Shown: one piece after another, positions 1 through 9,200 of the stretch
How the letters are laid out: each line of letters begins with the position of its first letter
How positions within the stretch are numbered: position 1 is the stretch's first letter
DNA from: Candidatus Omnitrophota bacterium
GTDB taxonomy: Bacteria; Omnitrophota; Gorgyraeia; B26-G9
DNA: 64,000 nt
Direction: 5' to 3'
Assembly (NCBI GenBank): GCA_043805415.1
Contig: JAZDHZ010000034.1
Location: 101,478-165,477 of the forward strand
Translations under genes and position numbers: made by a program
The notes under the pieces: model-generated
Databases searched by the model: none
The model's input: the letters and a program-made list of their open reading frames with translations, nothing else
What the model was told of the DNA's origin: nothing

Positions 1-614
1 AGCAGGCGGGAGTTAATAGAATTAATAAAATATTTTTTAAGAAAAAAGCGGATAATTTCATTAAAAGTGTTTACAGAGAATATGATTTGCTAACTGATGA
101 TTATTTTAAAGAGGCAATCCAATGCGCTAAAAAAAATGAGCTGACATTATTAGAAAACAGAAAGTTGCAGGAGGAGGAATTTAGAAAACCATTTAATATC
201 CTTAAGCTGGGCCTAAAAAAATTTATAGTTGAAAGAAAAAGCATTATGCGGATAAAAGCTGAAATCATTGCCGATATTTTAGCAGCTATAGCTCAACCGG
301 ATATTTCTAATATTATTACGTATTATCATATTTTCTATAATAAATTAAATCTATGCAGGACTGTTTTAGCTGTAAAATTATATAAATCAGCTAAAGGAAG
401 CTTGCCGGATAGTTTAGCCTTGCTTGTGCCGGAGTATTTAGAAGAAATTCCCATGGATACCTATAATGACTTCAAGCCATTATCATATATTAAAACAGAA
501 AATACAGCTAAAATATACAGTATTGGACCGGACAGAAAAGATGATTCAGGAGCAATCGAGTTTAAAGAGGAGGATCTCTCTAAGGGAGGAGATATCCTGA
601 TTTCTGTTGAATGA
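1..614 (+). CDS. hypothetical protein, 5'-partial. The C-terminal segment (KIYSIGPDRKDDSGAIEF) loosely resembles the C-terminal region of type II secretion pseudopilins, but no N-terminal pilin helix is present.
   Basis: The frame of the listed ORF (TTG at 87) stays open with no stop back to nt 3, so the gene most likely starts upstream of the window. The motif resemblance is by eye only. Confidence 0.35.
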   Translation, partial: QAGVNRINKIFFKKKADNFIKSVYREYDLLTDDYFKEAIQCAKKNELTLLENRKLQEEEFRKPFNILKLGLKKFIVERKSIMRIKAEIIADILAAIAQPDISNIITYYHIFYNKLNLCRTVLAVKLYKSAKGSLPDSLALLVPEYLEEIPMDTYNDFKPLSYIKTENTAKIYSIGPDRKDDSGAIEFKEEDLSKGGDILISVE

Positions 615-727
615 AAATAAAGAGAAACATTTCTGTAAAATTTTTAAATCAGGAAAACATGATCTTAAAAAACAGCCGGAGCAGTATTTACTTGTAGTTT
701 GATTAAGGAAAATAAATAGGAGAAAGC

Positions 728-1858
728 ATGAAAAATTGTCCAAAGTGCGCGAAAAAGTATGATGATTCATGCGAGGTGTGTCTTAATTGCAATGTGAAAT
801 TAGTCGATGTCAATGTCAGGCTTGCTCAGCTTGAAGCACAGGCCGATGCCCTGCGCCAAGAGGATCAAGGCATTGCTCGGGTGTCAGCAGTTGACCGCAA
901 CTCGTACCTTATCAGGAATGAGCTCAGAGAGATTCCAGCTGAGCTTGCCGGGAAGTTCTATTTCCAGGTTGAATCCCCGGTTGATCTGCCATGTGTCGGC
1001 GATTGGGTAACTGTGCGATATCACAGTAATGACACTGCGGCAATTATCCACGATGTGTTTCCGAGAAAGACCTTTCTCCGCCGTAAATCCGCTGGTGAAA
1101 AGGTGGATTTCCAGATGATTGGAGCCAACATTGATATTGCTTTCATTGTCCAGTCGTGCCATTTTGATTTTAACATGCAGAGAATGGATCGGTACCTGGT
1201 GATGGCAGCAGACGGGGGTGTTGAACCGATTGTTGTTCTTACTAAGACGGATTTGATTAGTTCCGAAGAACTGGAACACAAGCTTGTTGCCATTAAATCA
1301 AGCACCAGTACAGCCAGAGTCCTTGCTCTCAGCAATATCACGGGCAATGGTTTTGACGAATTTCAGCAGGTATTAGTTCCGGGAAAAACATATTGTCTTC
1401 TCGGTTCATCAGGAGTCGGCAAGACTACTCTGATCAACCGCTTGATTGGGCAGGACGCCTTTGACACAAAGGCAGTGAGTGGAACAGGAGAAGGTACGCA
1501 TACAACTGCGCGCCGCCAGCTTATTGTGCTTAAGCAAGGCTCCATGCTTATTGACACCCCAGGAATGCGGGAGCTGGGCCTTCTCGGTGCAGGCGCAGGG
1601 GTCAATCAAGGTTTTCAAGAAATCTTCCGGCTTTCGCTGGATTGTCGTTATCTGAATTGCGGCCATACCCATGAACCCGGTTGCGCGGTTCGAGCCGCGG
1701 TATCAAACGGGGGATTGAATGAAGAGCGCTATTCCAGCTTTATGAAGCTCAAGAAAGAGTCGGAGTTTCACGACATGTCTTACCTGGACAAACGGAAAAA
1801 GGACAGGGCATTCGGACGCTTTGTTAAGACCGCAAAAAAGAATATGAAAAATAAATGA
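728..1858 (+). CDS. rsgA: ribosome small-subunit-dependent GTPase A (RsgA/YjeQ) with an extra N-terminal zinc ribbon
   Basis: Circularly permuted GTPase motifs in order G4 (LTKTDL), G1 (GSSGVGKTT), G3 (IDTPG). C-terminal zinc knuckle CRYLNCGHTHEPGC is typical of RsgA. N-terminal CPKC...CEVCLNC. Confidence 0.85.
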   Translation: MKNCPKCAKKYDDSCEVCLNCNVKLVDVNVRLAQLEAQADALRQEDQGIARVSAVDRNSYLIRNELREIPAELAGKFYFQVESPVDLPCVGDWVTVRYHSNDTAAIIHDVFPRKTFLRRKSAGEKVDFQMIGANIDIAFIVQSCHFDFNMQRMDRYLVMAADGGVEPIVVLTKTDLISSEELEHKLVAIKSSTSTARVLALSNITGNGFDEFQQVLVPGKTYCLLGSSGVGKTTLINRLIGQDAFDTKAVSGTGEGTHTTARRQLIVLKQGSMLIDTPGMRELGLLGAGAGVNQGFQEIFRLSLDCRYLNCGHTHEPGCAVRAAVSNGGLNEERYSSFMKLKKESEFHDMSYLDKRKKDRAFGRFVKTAKKNMKNK

Positions 1859-1925
1859 CGTGTGTCGAACAATCAGCTCCAGCGGACGCGCGCGGCTGAC
1901 CCATGTTTCTTAAACGAGAAAATAA

Positions 1926-2903
1926 ATGATGAAAACAAAAACAATTACAGTATTAGTAATGGCTTTTATCTTTGTTTCTGCAGGATTAGTTTTTCCTGAT
2001 TCTACCCAGGTAAAAGGAAAACCGCTTCCAGGTAAAATATTACTGATTGTGGGCCAGGACAACAAAACAATAGATGCGTATATTGAATCAACGGGAATAG
2101 TGCCCGGGGGATTCATGGGATATACTTCTATTCAGAAAATGGAAGGGCTCAATAGTCCTTCACCAGACTATGGGTCAGGTATTTTTTACGCGGATGAACT
2201 TATTCAAAAATACCCCAATACGGTTTTGCAGATCGGCTTATATATGGTAGATGGCCTGGAATCAACGTACCAGGGAGTATATGACGATAATATTAAAATA
2301 TTGGCAGATTGGTTGAAAAAAATAAATATCCCGGTATTCTTACGTATTGGCTATGAATGTGAAGGAATGCATAACCATTATGATCCCGAAAACTATAAGA
2401 AAGCTTACTGTTACTTGGTAGATAAATTGAAAGCTGCCGGCATTGGTAACGCGGTGTATGTATGGCATTTGCACGCGCACAGGACAGATACCAACCTTGA
2501 TCTTTGGTACCCGGGAAAAGATTATGTTGATTGGGTAGGTATTTCTTACTTCGCGCAAGACCCTAAAGCAATGGAACATGTAGTTAACTTCGCGAGAAAA
2601 GAGAATAAACCTGTGATGATTGCTGAATCTACCCCCTTAGGAGTAGGAACTATATGGGGAGAAATGTCCTGGAAAAGATGGTTTGAACGTTTTTTCCAGC
2701 TTATCGACGAATATGACATTAAAGCAGTCAGCTATATTAACAGCAATTGGGAAGAACAATCTATGTGGAAAGATCAAGGCTGGGGTGACGCGCGGATTCA
2801 AGCTAATTCCTATATAAAAGAACAGTGGCTCAAAGAAATCAGCAAAGATAAATATCTTAAATCATCCAAAGATTTATTTAGAAACCTGGGATTTGCTAAT
2901 TAA
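1926..2903 (+). CDS. secreted clan GH-A glycoside hydrolase, GH26-like (putative beta-mannanase family)
   Basis: N-terminal signal peptide. LRIGYECEG resembles the GH26 acid/base region (RFGHEMNG). MIAESTP resembles a nucleophile ITE-type motif. Family assignment is tentative. Confidence 0.5.
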   Translation: MMKTKTITVLVMAFIFVSAGLVFPDSTQVKGKPLPGKILLIVGQDNKTIDAYIESTGIVPGGFMGYTSIQKMEGLNSPSPDYGSGIFYADELIQKYPNTVLQIGLYMVDGLESTYQGVYDDNIKILADWLKKINIPVFLRIGYECEGMHNHYDPENYKKAYCYLVDKLKAAGIGNAVYVWHLHAHRTDTNLDLWYPGKDYVDWVGISYFAQDPKAMEHVVNFARKENKPVMIAESTPLGVGTIWGEMSWKRWFERFFQLIDEYDIKAVSYINSNWEEQSMWKDQGWGDARIQANSYIKEQWLKEISKDKYLKSSKDLFRNLGFAN

Positions 2904-3026
2904 ATATCGAACAATTTTATCCGCCTGACTTTTTCCGCGTTTTCTTTGCTCCAAAAACAGAGAAGACTTGCTAACCCTAATCATTGGCATAAATTAGAGA
3001 AATAGTGTATAGTTAGGCAATATGTT

Positions 3027-3809
3027 TTGCGGATTACTTTAGAAAAAGCGGGAATCATGGTTATGAAAAATATTGTTATAGGCTTTATTTTGCTGATTAG
3101 TGTGTGTGTTGGCAACTGCTTTGCCCTGGATGCTCTGTCTCCGCGTTTGAGTCTGGATAAAACTACTTTTCAGGGATACTTGCTTAAACCTCAATTGGAG
3201 CTGCTAAAAACCGCTCAGGAATTTACCGCGGAATCTCCGAGTCCGGCGGATAAACTGGGTAAAGTTATTTTTCGAGTAAATCTTAATGGAGAAAAACTAA
3301 TTGTCCGCAAGCGCGTAGAAGATTACGGCGATGAGGTGGAAGTTCATCATGCCTTGACCCGGGTAGAGGCCAAGGGCAGGGAAAAATACTTAGGACAATG
3401 CTGGTACACTATTGATGATGTTCAGGCTGTGTTGCAGGAATCCTATGATATGACTCCTGCTGTGCGGATTGAAGACAAAGACAAAGGCAAAGGATATGGC
3501 AGCGTGCTTTTTGCCGCGGTTATTGAAAACGCTGGGCAAAATGGAATTAATCGCTTTCTTATTTACCAGCCGACAACTTCTTTGTACGAAAAATTCGGAT
3601 TTGAGGAAATTGGTGATTATGGCCTGTCTTATAAAAACCTCAAGCCAGATGATCCATCCGCGTTTAGCATAGCGCGGGATTTGGCTGGGCAGCGCGGCAA
3701 ATTACTTAGTGTTGAAGGCATGTTTTTATTTGCCTTAAAAACCGCGCGGCAGCCGATAGCTAAGTTGCAGTTTGAGATAGTAAATGATGTTCTCGATGGT
3801 TCAGTCTGA
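3027..3809 (+). CDS. GNAT-family N-acetyltransferase domain protein with N-terminal signal peptide/TM anchor
   Basis: GNAT acetyl-CoA binding motif region (GYGSVLFAAVIENAGQNGINRFLIY...YEKFGFEE) preceded by a hydrophobic N-terminus (IVIGFILLISVCVGNCFA). Confidence 0.55.
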   Translation: MRITLEKAGIMVMKNIVIGFILLISVCVGNCFALDALSPRLSLDKTTFQGYLLKPQLELLKTAQEFTAESPSPADKLGKVIFRVNLNGEKLIVRKRVEDYGDEVEVHHALTRVEAKGREKYLGQCWYTIDDVQAVLQESYDMTPAVRIEDKDKGKGYGSVLFAAVIENAGQNGINRFLIYQPTTSLYEKFGFEEIGDYGLSYKNLKPDDPSAFSIARDLAGQRGKLLSVEGMFLFALKTARQPIAKLQFEIVNDVLDGSV

Positions 3810-3959
3810 TCCACGCCTTGTGCTGGTTCAAGCAGTAAGATATAATCAAAGTTTTCCTTCCGCGATGATTTTCCAAAGCAAAACAAGCCAGTTTCCTTTT
3901 ATCGGTTTTTAAGGTAAAATAAGATTAACCAGCGGAGAAGTCGGACGGGTCAAAAAAAT

Positions 3960-4424
3960 ATGCTGATGAACCTATACATTGACGGCGATGCTTTTCCCAA
4001 TAGTCTGAAGCAAATTTTATTTCGGGCGATTGAACGCTTTGCTTTGCCGACATTTGTAATCTCAAACAAGCGGATCAATATTGGAAATTCAAAGCACATA
4101 AATTATATTATTGTTGACGCTGGACCTGATGAAGCTGACCAGCGGATTGTGGAAATGGCTGAAGAAGGGGATCTGATCATTACCGCGGATATTCCTTTAG
4201 CTGACAAAGTGATAACAAAAAAAGCTTATGCCTTAGACCACCGCGGAAAGTTTTTCAGCGAGGATAATATCAAATACTATTTATCCATGCGTAATCTGAT
4301 GCAAGAGATCCGGGATAATGGGATGATGACTAAAGGCCCGGCGGCTTTTAGCCAAAAAGACGCGCATGAATTTGCTAATCAATTGAACCAATTTTTAATA
4401 GAGCAAAAACAGCTTAGGGGATAG
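3960..4424 (+). CDS. YaiI/YqxD family protein (UPF0178, DUF188)
   Basis: About 150 aa. The N-terminus LYIDGDAFPNSLKQILFRAIERF...VISNKRI matches the conserved YaiI N-terminal pattern (IWVDADACP...V.VAN). Confidence 0.65.
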   Translation: MLMNLYIDGDAFPNSLKQILFRAIERFALPTFVISNKRINIGNSKHINYIIVDAGPDEADQRIVEMAEEGDLIITADIPLADKVITKKAYALDHRGKFFSEDNIKYYLSMRNLMQEIRDNGMMTKGPAAFSQKDAHEFANQLNQFLIEQKQLRG

Positions 4425-4469
4425 AAGCTGGAAGAATAGAAATGTGCTAAGCATTGAATGTAATAATAA

Positions 4470-5399
4470 TTGAAAGGGACAAAAATGTCAGCAGAATGCG
4501 TGTATCCTCTGGACAATGAGACGCTTGAGTTATTTGCGGGAACACAGAATCCACAGGGTTTTAATCCTAATGCAGTTAAGATAAGACGGATTATGCAGAT
4601 TACCCGCGACTTGGCAAAAAAGCCTTTTGATCAGCTAAAGATTCTGGACTTAGCCTGCGGCCAGGGTGTTTATGCTATTGAAGCAGCATTGCGAGGCGCA
4701 AAGGTATTAGCCATTGATGCCAGAACTGAGCGGATGAACCAAGGAATAAAAATCGCGGAAAGTCTTAAACTTAAGAATCTTAAGTTTGAGCAGGTTGATG
4801 TCCGCGAGGTTAATCTTGCCTTAAAGGGAAGTTTTGATGTTGTGTTTTTCCTGGGGATTTTGTATCATCTTGATAAAAGCGATATATTTACTGTTTTAAA
4901 GAATATTTATGATATCTGCCAAGAGTTTATGATTATTGATACGCATATCTCCTTAAACGGAGAGCAGACAGTTGAGTATAAGGGACAGATATACTATGGT
5001 AAACAGGTGCGTGAGCATGATAATCGGGATTCAGCTGATATCCGGAGAAACAGATTATTATCTTCATTGGATAATGAAATGAGTTTCTGGTTTACCAAAC
5101 AGTCTTTATTTAAACTGCTTAATGATCTTGGGTTCACTAGTGTCTGTGAGTGCATGGTGCCGCTGGAACCGCTTAAGCCGCAAGATAGGATTTCGCTTAT
5201 TGCTTTTAAGGGAGAACCAGTAAAAATTTCCGCATATCCCTGGATCAATGGAAAAAGCGAGGATGAAATAAAGCGGATTCTCGCTGATGCGGAGGACATG
5301 TCTCGCGGGAAAAATAAAAAAACCGGGGTCAAAGGATTTATTAAATCCTTAATCAATGGGATATTGAATTGGTTTGGACTGGAGATTAGGCGGCTGTAA
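4470..5399 (+). CDS. class I SAM-dependent methyltransferase
   Basis: Motif I ILDLACGQGVYAIEAALRGAKVLAIDA plus an acidic post-motif (FDVVFFLG). Confidence 0.7.
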   Translation: MKGTKMSAECVYPLDNETLELFAGTQNPQGFNPNAVKIRRIMQITRDLAKKPFDQLKILDLACGQGVYAIEAALRGAKVLAIDARTERMNQGIKIAESLKLKNLKFEQVDVREVNLALKGSFDVVFFLGILYHLDKSDIFTVLKNIYDICQEFMIIDTHISLNGEQTVEYKGQIYYGKQVREHDNRDSADIRRNRLLSSLDNEMSFWFTKQSLFKLLNDLGFTSVCECMVPLEPLKPQDRISLIAFKGEPVKISAYPWINGKSEDEIKRILADAEDMSRGKNKKTGVKGFIKSLINGILNWFGLEIRRL

Positions 5400-5455
5400 G
5401 ATTGAATGGATCGCAACCCGCTGCAAAATAGCGTTGATCAAATATTATCTGAGCG

Positions 5456-5926
5456 GTGAGACCTTTGAGCTTGTCGGCATTTCAGAACCTTGCTCAGAAA
5501 ATCGGAATTAAAACCACGCGGCTGTGGATTAAAAAAATCAGCTATGGCAATCAGGATATATCCGCGGGAATCGACTGTTTCTGGCTTGCAGCCAAAGCTA
5601 GGAAGACGATTCTTATTTCGCCAATGGAACAGGCGCAGTTAATGTCTAGGCTTATTTCCGGGAACACGGCTTTTTCCGCTAAATCAATCGCTGTACTCAA
5701 GGAAATGATGCGAACTAAACAGACAGAACAGGGAACTGTTTATGGAAAAACCGGTTCTGGTGTAAATGAAACCGGCAGCTATGATTTGGGATGGTATGTT
5801 GGTTTTGTGGAAAACAAACAAAAAACATATGCCTTTGCTTGTCTGGTCAAAGGGGATAATCTTATGGGAAAAGACGCCAAAGAGATTGTGGAAACAGTTT
5901 TTTTCAACAAGGCTGATTATAAATAA
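5456..5926 (+). pseudogene. 5'-truncated class D (OXA-type) beta-lactamase / BlaR1-sensor-like penicillin-binding domain remnant. It keeps the C-terminal ~60% and lacks the active-site STFK and SxV motifs.
   Basis: Retains class D signature motifs YGN (KISYGNQDIS), KTG (VYGKTGSG) and WxxG (GWYVGFVE). Strong by-eye similarity to the OXA-10 C-terminal half. GTG start is immediately preceded by an in-frame stop, with only 57 nt after the upstream methyltransferase gene. Confidence 0.75.
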
Positions 5927-6156
5927 TCGCGGAAAATATTGTTTCGCTGATTTTTAATATCTGCAAATATGGAAAAAAGATGTATTTTGATTAATAATTG
6001 TTTTATTATCCTTGCCTGAAAATACCCTGGAGTTAATAAAAACAGCAAAGAACAATAAACCCAGCCATGTTTTACTCTTATAATAAACCTAATACCTTAG
6101 TCATAACTAACTAAAAATAAAAGAGTAGTGTTTATTATAAAAAGCTCGCTAGTCCA

Positions 6157-6185
6157 TTGAAAAACATTGTTTTATGTGGTATACT
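6157..6185 (+). promoter_or_regulatory. sigma70-type promoter TTGAAA-17nt-TGG-TATACT (extended -10) upstream of the glucan-enzyme operon
   Basis: Near-consensus hexamers with exact 17-nt spacer, about 70 nt upstream of the AAGGAG RBS and ATG at 6256. Confidence 0.6.
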
Positions 6186-6255
6186 TTCACGGTTTTTATA
6201 ATTTTTTATAACTCTAAATATGTCGGCTTGTTAGGTTAAGGTCAAAGGAGTAAAA

Positions 6256-9200
6256 ATGTTTTTTAGAAAAAGAAATAGTTATCGCGTTAAAATCACAACT
6301 TTTATTATTTTACAGTGTTTTATAATTATAAATAGTCAAAGTATTTTTGCCCAGGAACAGCGGATTGTTTTAAGCCGCCAGCAAACAAGTACTCTTTCTC
6401 CGCACTTAAGCATCGGAATGAACTTGATTCAAGCAATTTTTTCCGAAAAAAGTCAACAGCCGATTGCCGCATCCAATCTTCCCGGAACACTGATATCATT
6501 GCGTGATACCGGAAGTATCAAAGAATTATTAAGCGGCAAAGACGTATTTTTGAATGACCTTTGGGCTAGAAAAACCTTAGGAGTACCCACGGCAATCAGT
6601 AGCCTGCGCAGTGAAGATAATAATTTTGATTTATGGGATTGGGGAAAAGGGGACATGGGTGAATCCAGCCGCCAGCATATTTTATGGTTAGCCAAGAATG
6701 GCTTTTCCCGCTGGATGCGCTTACCTAACCGGAAAACCCGGGCTTTATTCGGAGACCCCAGCCCCTATGCTTCACGCAGCGCGTTTGCCGGGGAAGATTC
6801 GGATATTGCTGTGCCGGAAGTGGAGGAATTTATTAATTCAAAACAAGCGCAGGCTTGGTATGAGCAAAATAAAAACCGGATTAAGGATTTACATAATGCG
6901 AATAGAGTAAATGGAATGGAAGTAGCGAGATTGAAAAATGAGGCTTTGTGGCTGGCAATGGAGTATTTTAAAGAAAATCATTTAAATAAAAATACTTCGC
7001 GCGGTAAAGCTTTTGATAGTTTTTTAAATGATAAAGATAATGACTGGGTAAGTGAATACGCGGAATATATGGCCATAAGCGAATATTACTGGGATACAAA
7101 AAAAGCTGTTTTTTTTGAGATAAATGAAGATATCTGGTCAAACATCGACCAAAAATTAAAAGGCCTGGTGCATGACCTGAACGTGGCCATAAGCACTGAT
7201 AAAATTAAAGATGTCGGGCGTTTATATGAAATGATTGATGATTTTTTCGCGCAGTATTACCAGAATAGTATTGTGGCAAACGAAACCGATATCTTTAGAT
7301 TGAATATTTATCAGTCATTGCTGGACAAAATAAAACAGGGAATTTTAAAAGACCTTGTGCGGGGCAATATTAAATCGCTTGTTGAGGCAGATGAACCGGA
7401 ATGCGCGAAAATACTTTTGGATGGTTATGAGCGTTCCAAACAAGCGTTTCGCTATGATATCAAAGACGCGATTGGCCAGGAATGTATGGCTGACTGGAGA
7501 AATTGGGACAATGCCGGATTGGTGGAGCGCGATCCTATTGTTTTAGCCCAATTCCGGGAAAAACTGGAAGATAAAATATTGTTTCATAAGTACGCGCAGT
7601 TTATTTTTAATGAGCAGGAAAAAAACATGAAAGAATTTGCCAACAGCAATGGCATTGCCATAGAAGGAGATATTCCTTTTTATGTGTCAACCATAAGCTG
7701 TGAAACCTGGGTGTATAAAGATAAGATATTCCGGCTTGATCCGAAAAACCGCTATCAGCAGATGGCTGACAGCGGAGCGCCGCCAGACCAGTATGACCGC
7801 GAATACGGACAAAACTGGGGCGGGACTCCTTATTATATAAATGCGGCGTTTAAGCAATTTTTCTATAAACGCACAAAACATGAATTAAAGAACGCGGATG
7901 GTATCAGGATTGATCACTTCCGGGCGCTTAATGATTTCTGGGTAATTCCTCATGGCAAGCTTGGCCGGGACGGTAAGTTTGAAGATGGGCCAAAAGATGA
8001 ATTATTGCAGCCTTTGCTTAATCTGGCATTGGGACAGTTTAAACGTTTTTTTGCCGAAGATCTGGGCTCATATCTGGAAGGAGTCTGGGATCTGATGCGG
8101 GATAATGAAGTTAAGGGCTTTCGGGTAGCGATATTCGGCCATGGTGATGATGATGACATAGTTCATCGGCAATATTCCGGGCAGATTGCTTTTTCCGGCA
8201 CGCATGATACTCAGACCTGGTTTGGCGCTTGGAATCAATGGGATAGTGTTAAACGGAGAATATTCCTGGACAGGTTTACGCATGATGATATTCCGGAGAT
8301 TTGGCAGCGCTTAACATCTGAACAGAGAAAAGGGTTTTTAAAATACCTTAATTATTTAGTAAAGCAGTTAAAAGCAGATACAGCAAACATAAACAAACAT
8401 AGCGAGTTTCAATCTGAAAGCAAAGATTTTTTCACAGAGAATAATTTTAAAACGCAGTTGAAAAAAGTCCGCGTTATTACAAGGAGTTTGGTTGATCTTG
8501 AAGAATTGCCATTTGGCGTGCAAACCGCTGTTTTCGGAATCCTGGCTTTTTCCGAAGCAGATACAGTATTTCTGCCGATGCAGGATATATTCCGGCAGGG
8601 TGAAGAGTTTCGGATAAATGTTCCGGGCAGGCCCGGAGATTGGGGCTACCGCCATCCTTATACCGGACAGGAATTGAATAAAGCAATAAATGAAGAAATA
8701 AAAAAAGCTGATGAATTAATGCGGCTGCTGGCGCAAACTTCCGGCCGGGATGTTAGCGTGCCTTTGTACAAAAAAGGCCAAGGCGTGCATATTCTGGGTG
8801 TTTCTCCGGGTGTTAATGCCAAGAAGATGTGCAAACCAGGCGAGGAGTTTATTATCTGGGCGGCAGTACAGGGTGATAAACCAGCTAAGGTTAATCTGCT
8901 GACAAATATGCCTGAGCATAATGGCGCGTATCCTAAAGAACAGGCAGTGGCCATGGAATTAGTAAAAGAATTAAAGAGCGGAACCTATCTTTATGGAGTA
9001 AGAATAAGAGCAACACAGCCAGGCAAATGGGGAGTCGCGGTTGAGGCGGATAATGTAAGAGCCGGAGAGGTTAAGGAGAATACCAGTCTGGTTGTAAGCG
9101 CTTTGGATAAAATAGCGCCTTTGGCTAAAGAACAAGAAGCTGTGCTGCGGATCGCGGCCGGGATTTCCAAGGAAAAACTGCAAAGGATTTTAAATGAGTT

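Noticed and set aside
87-89. TTG at 87 as the start of the first ORF
   Set aside because: The same frame is open with no stop back to the window edge, so the gene is more likely 5'-truncated by the window.
5766-5957. 63-aa ORF overlapping the end of the beta-lactamase remnant
   Set aside because: It overlaps out of frame with a sequence that aligns well to OXA C-termini. This is a spurious ORF.
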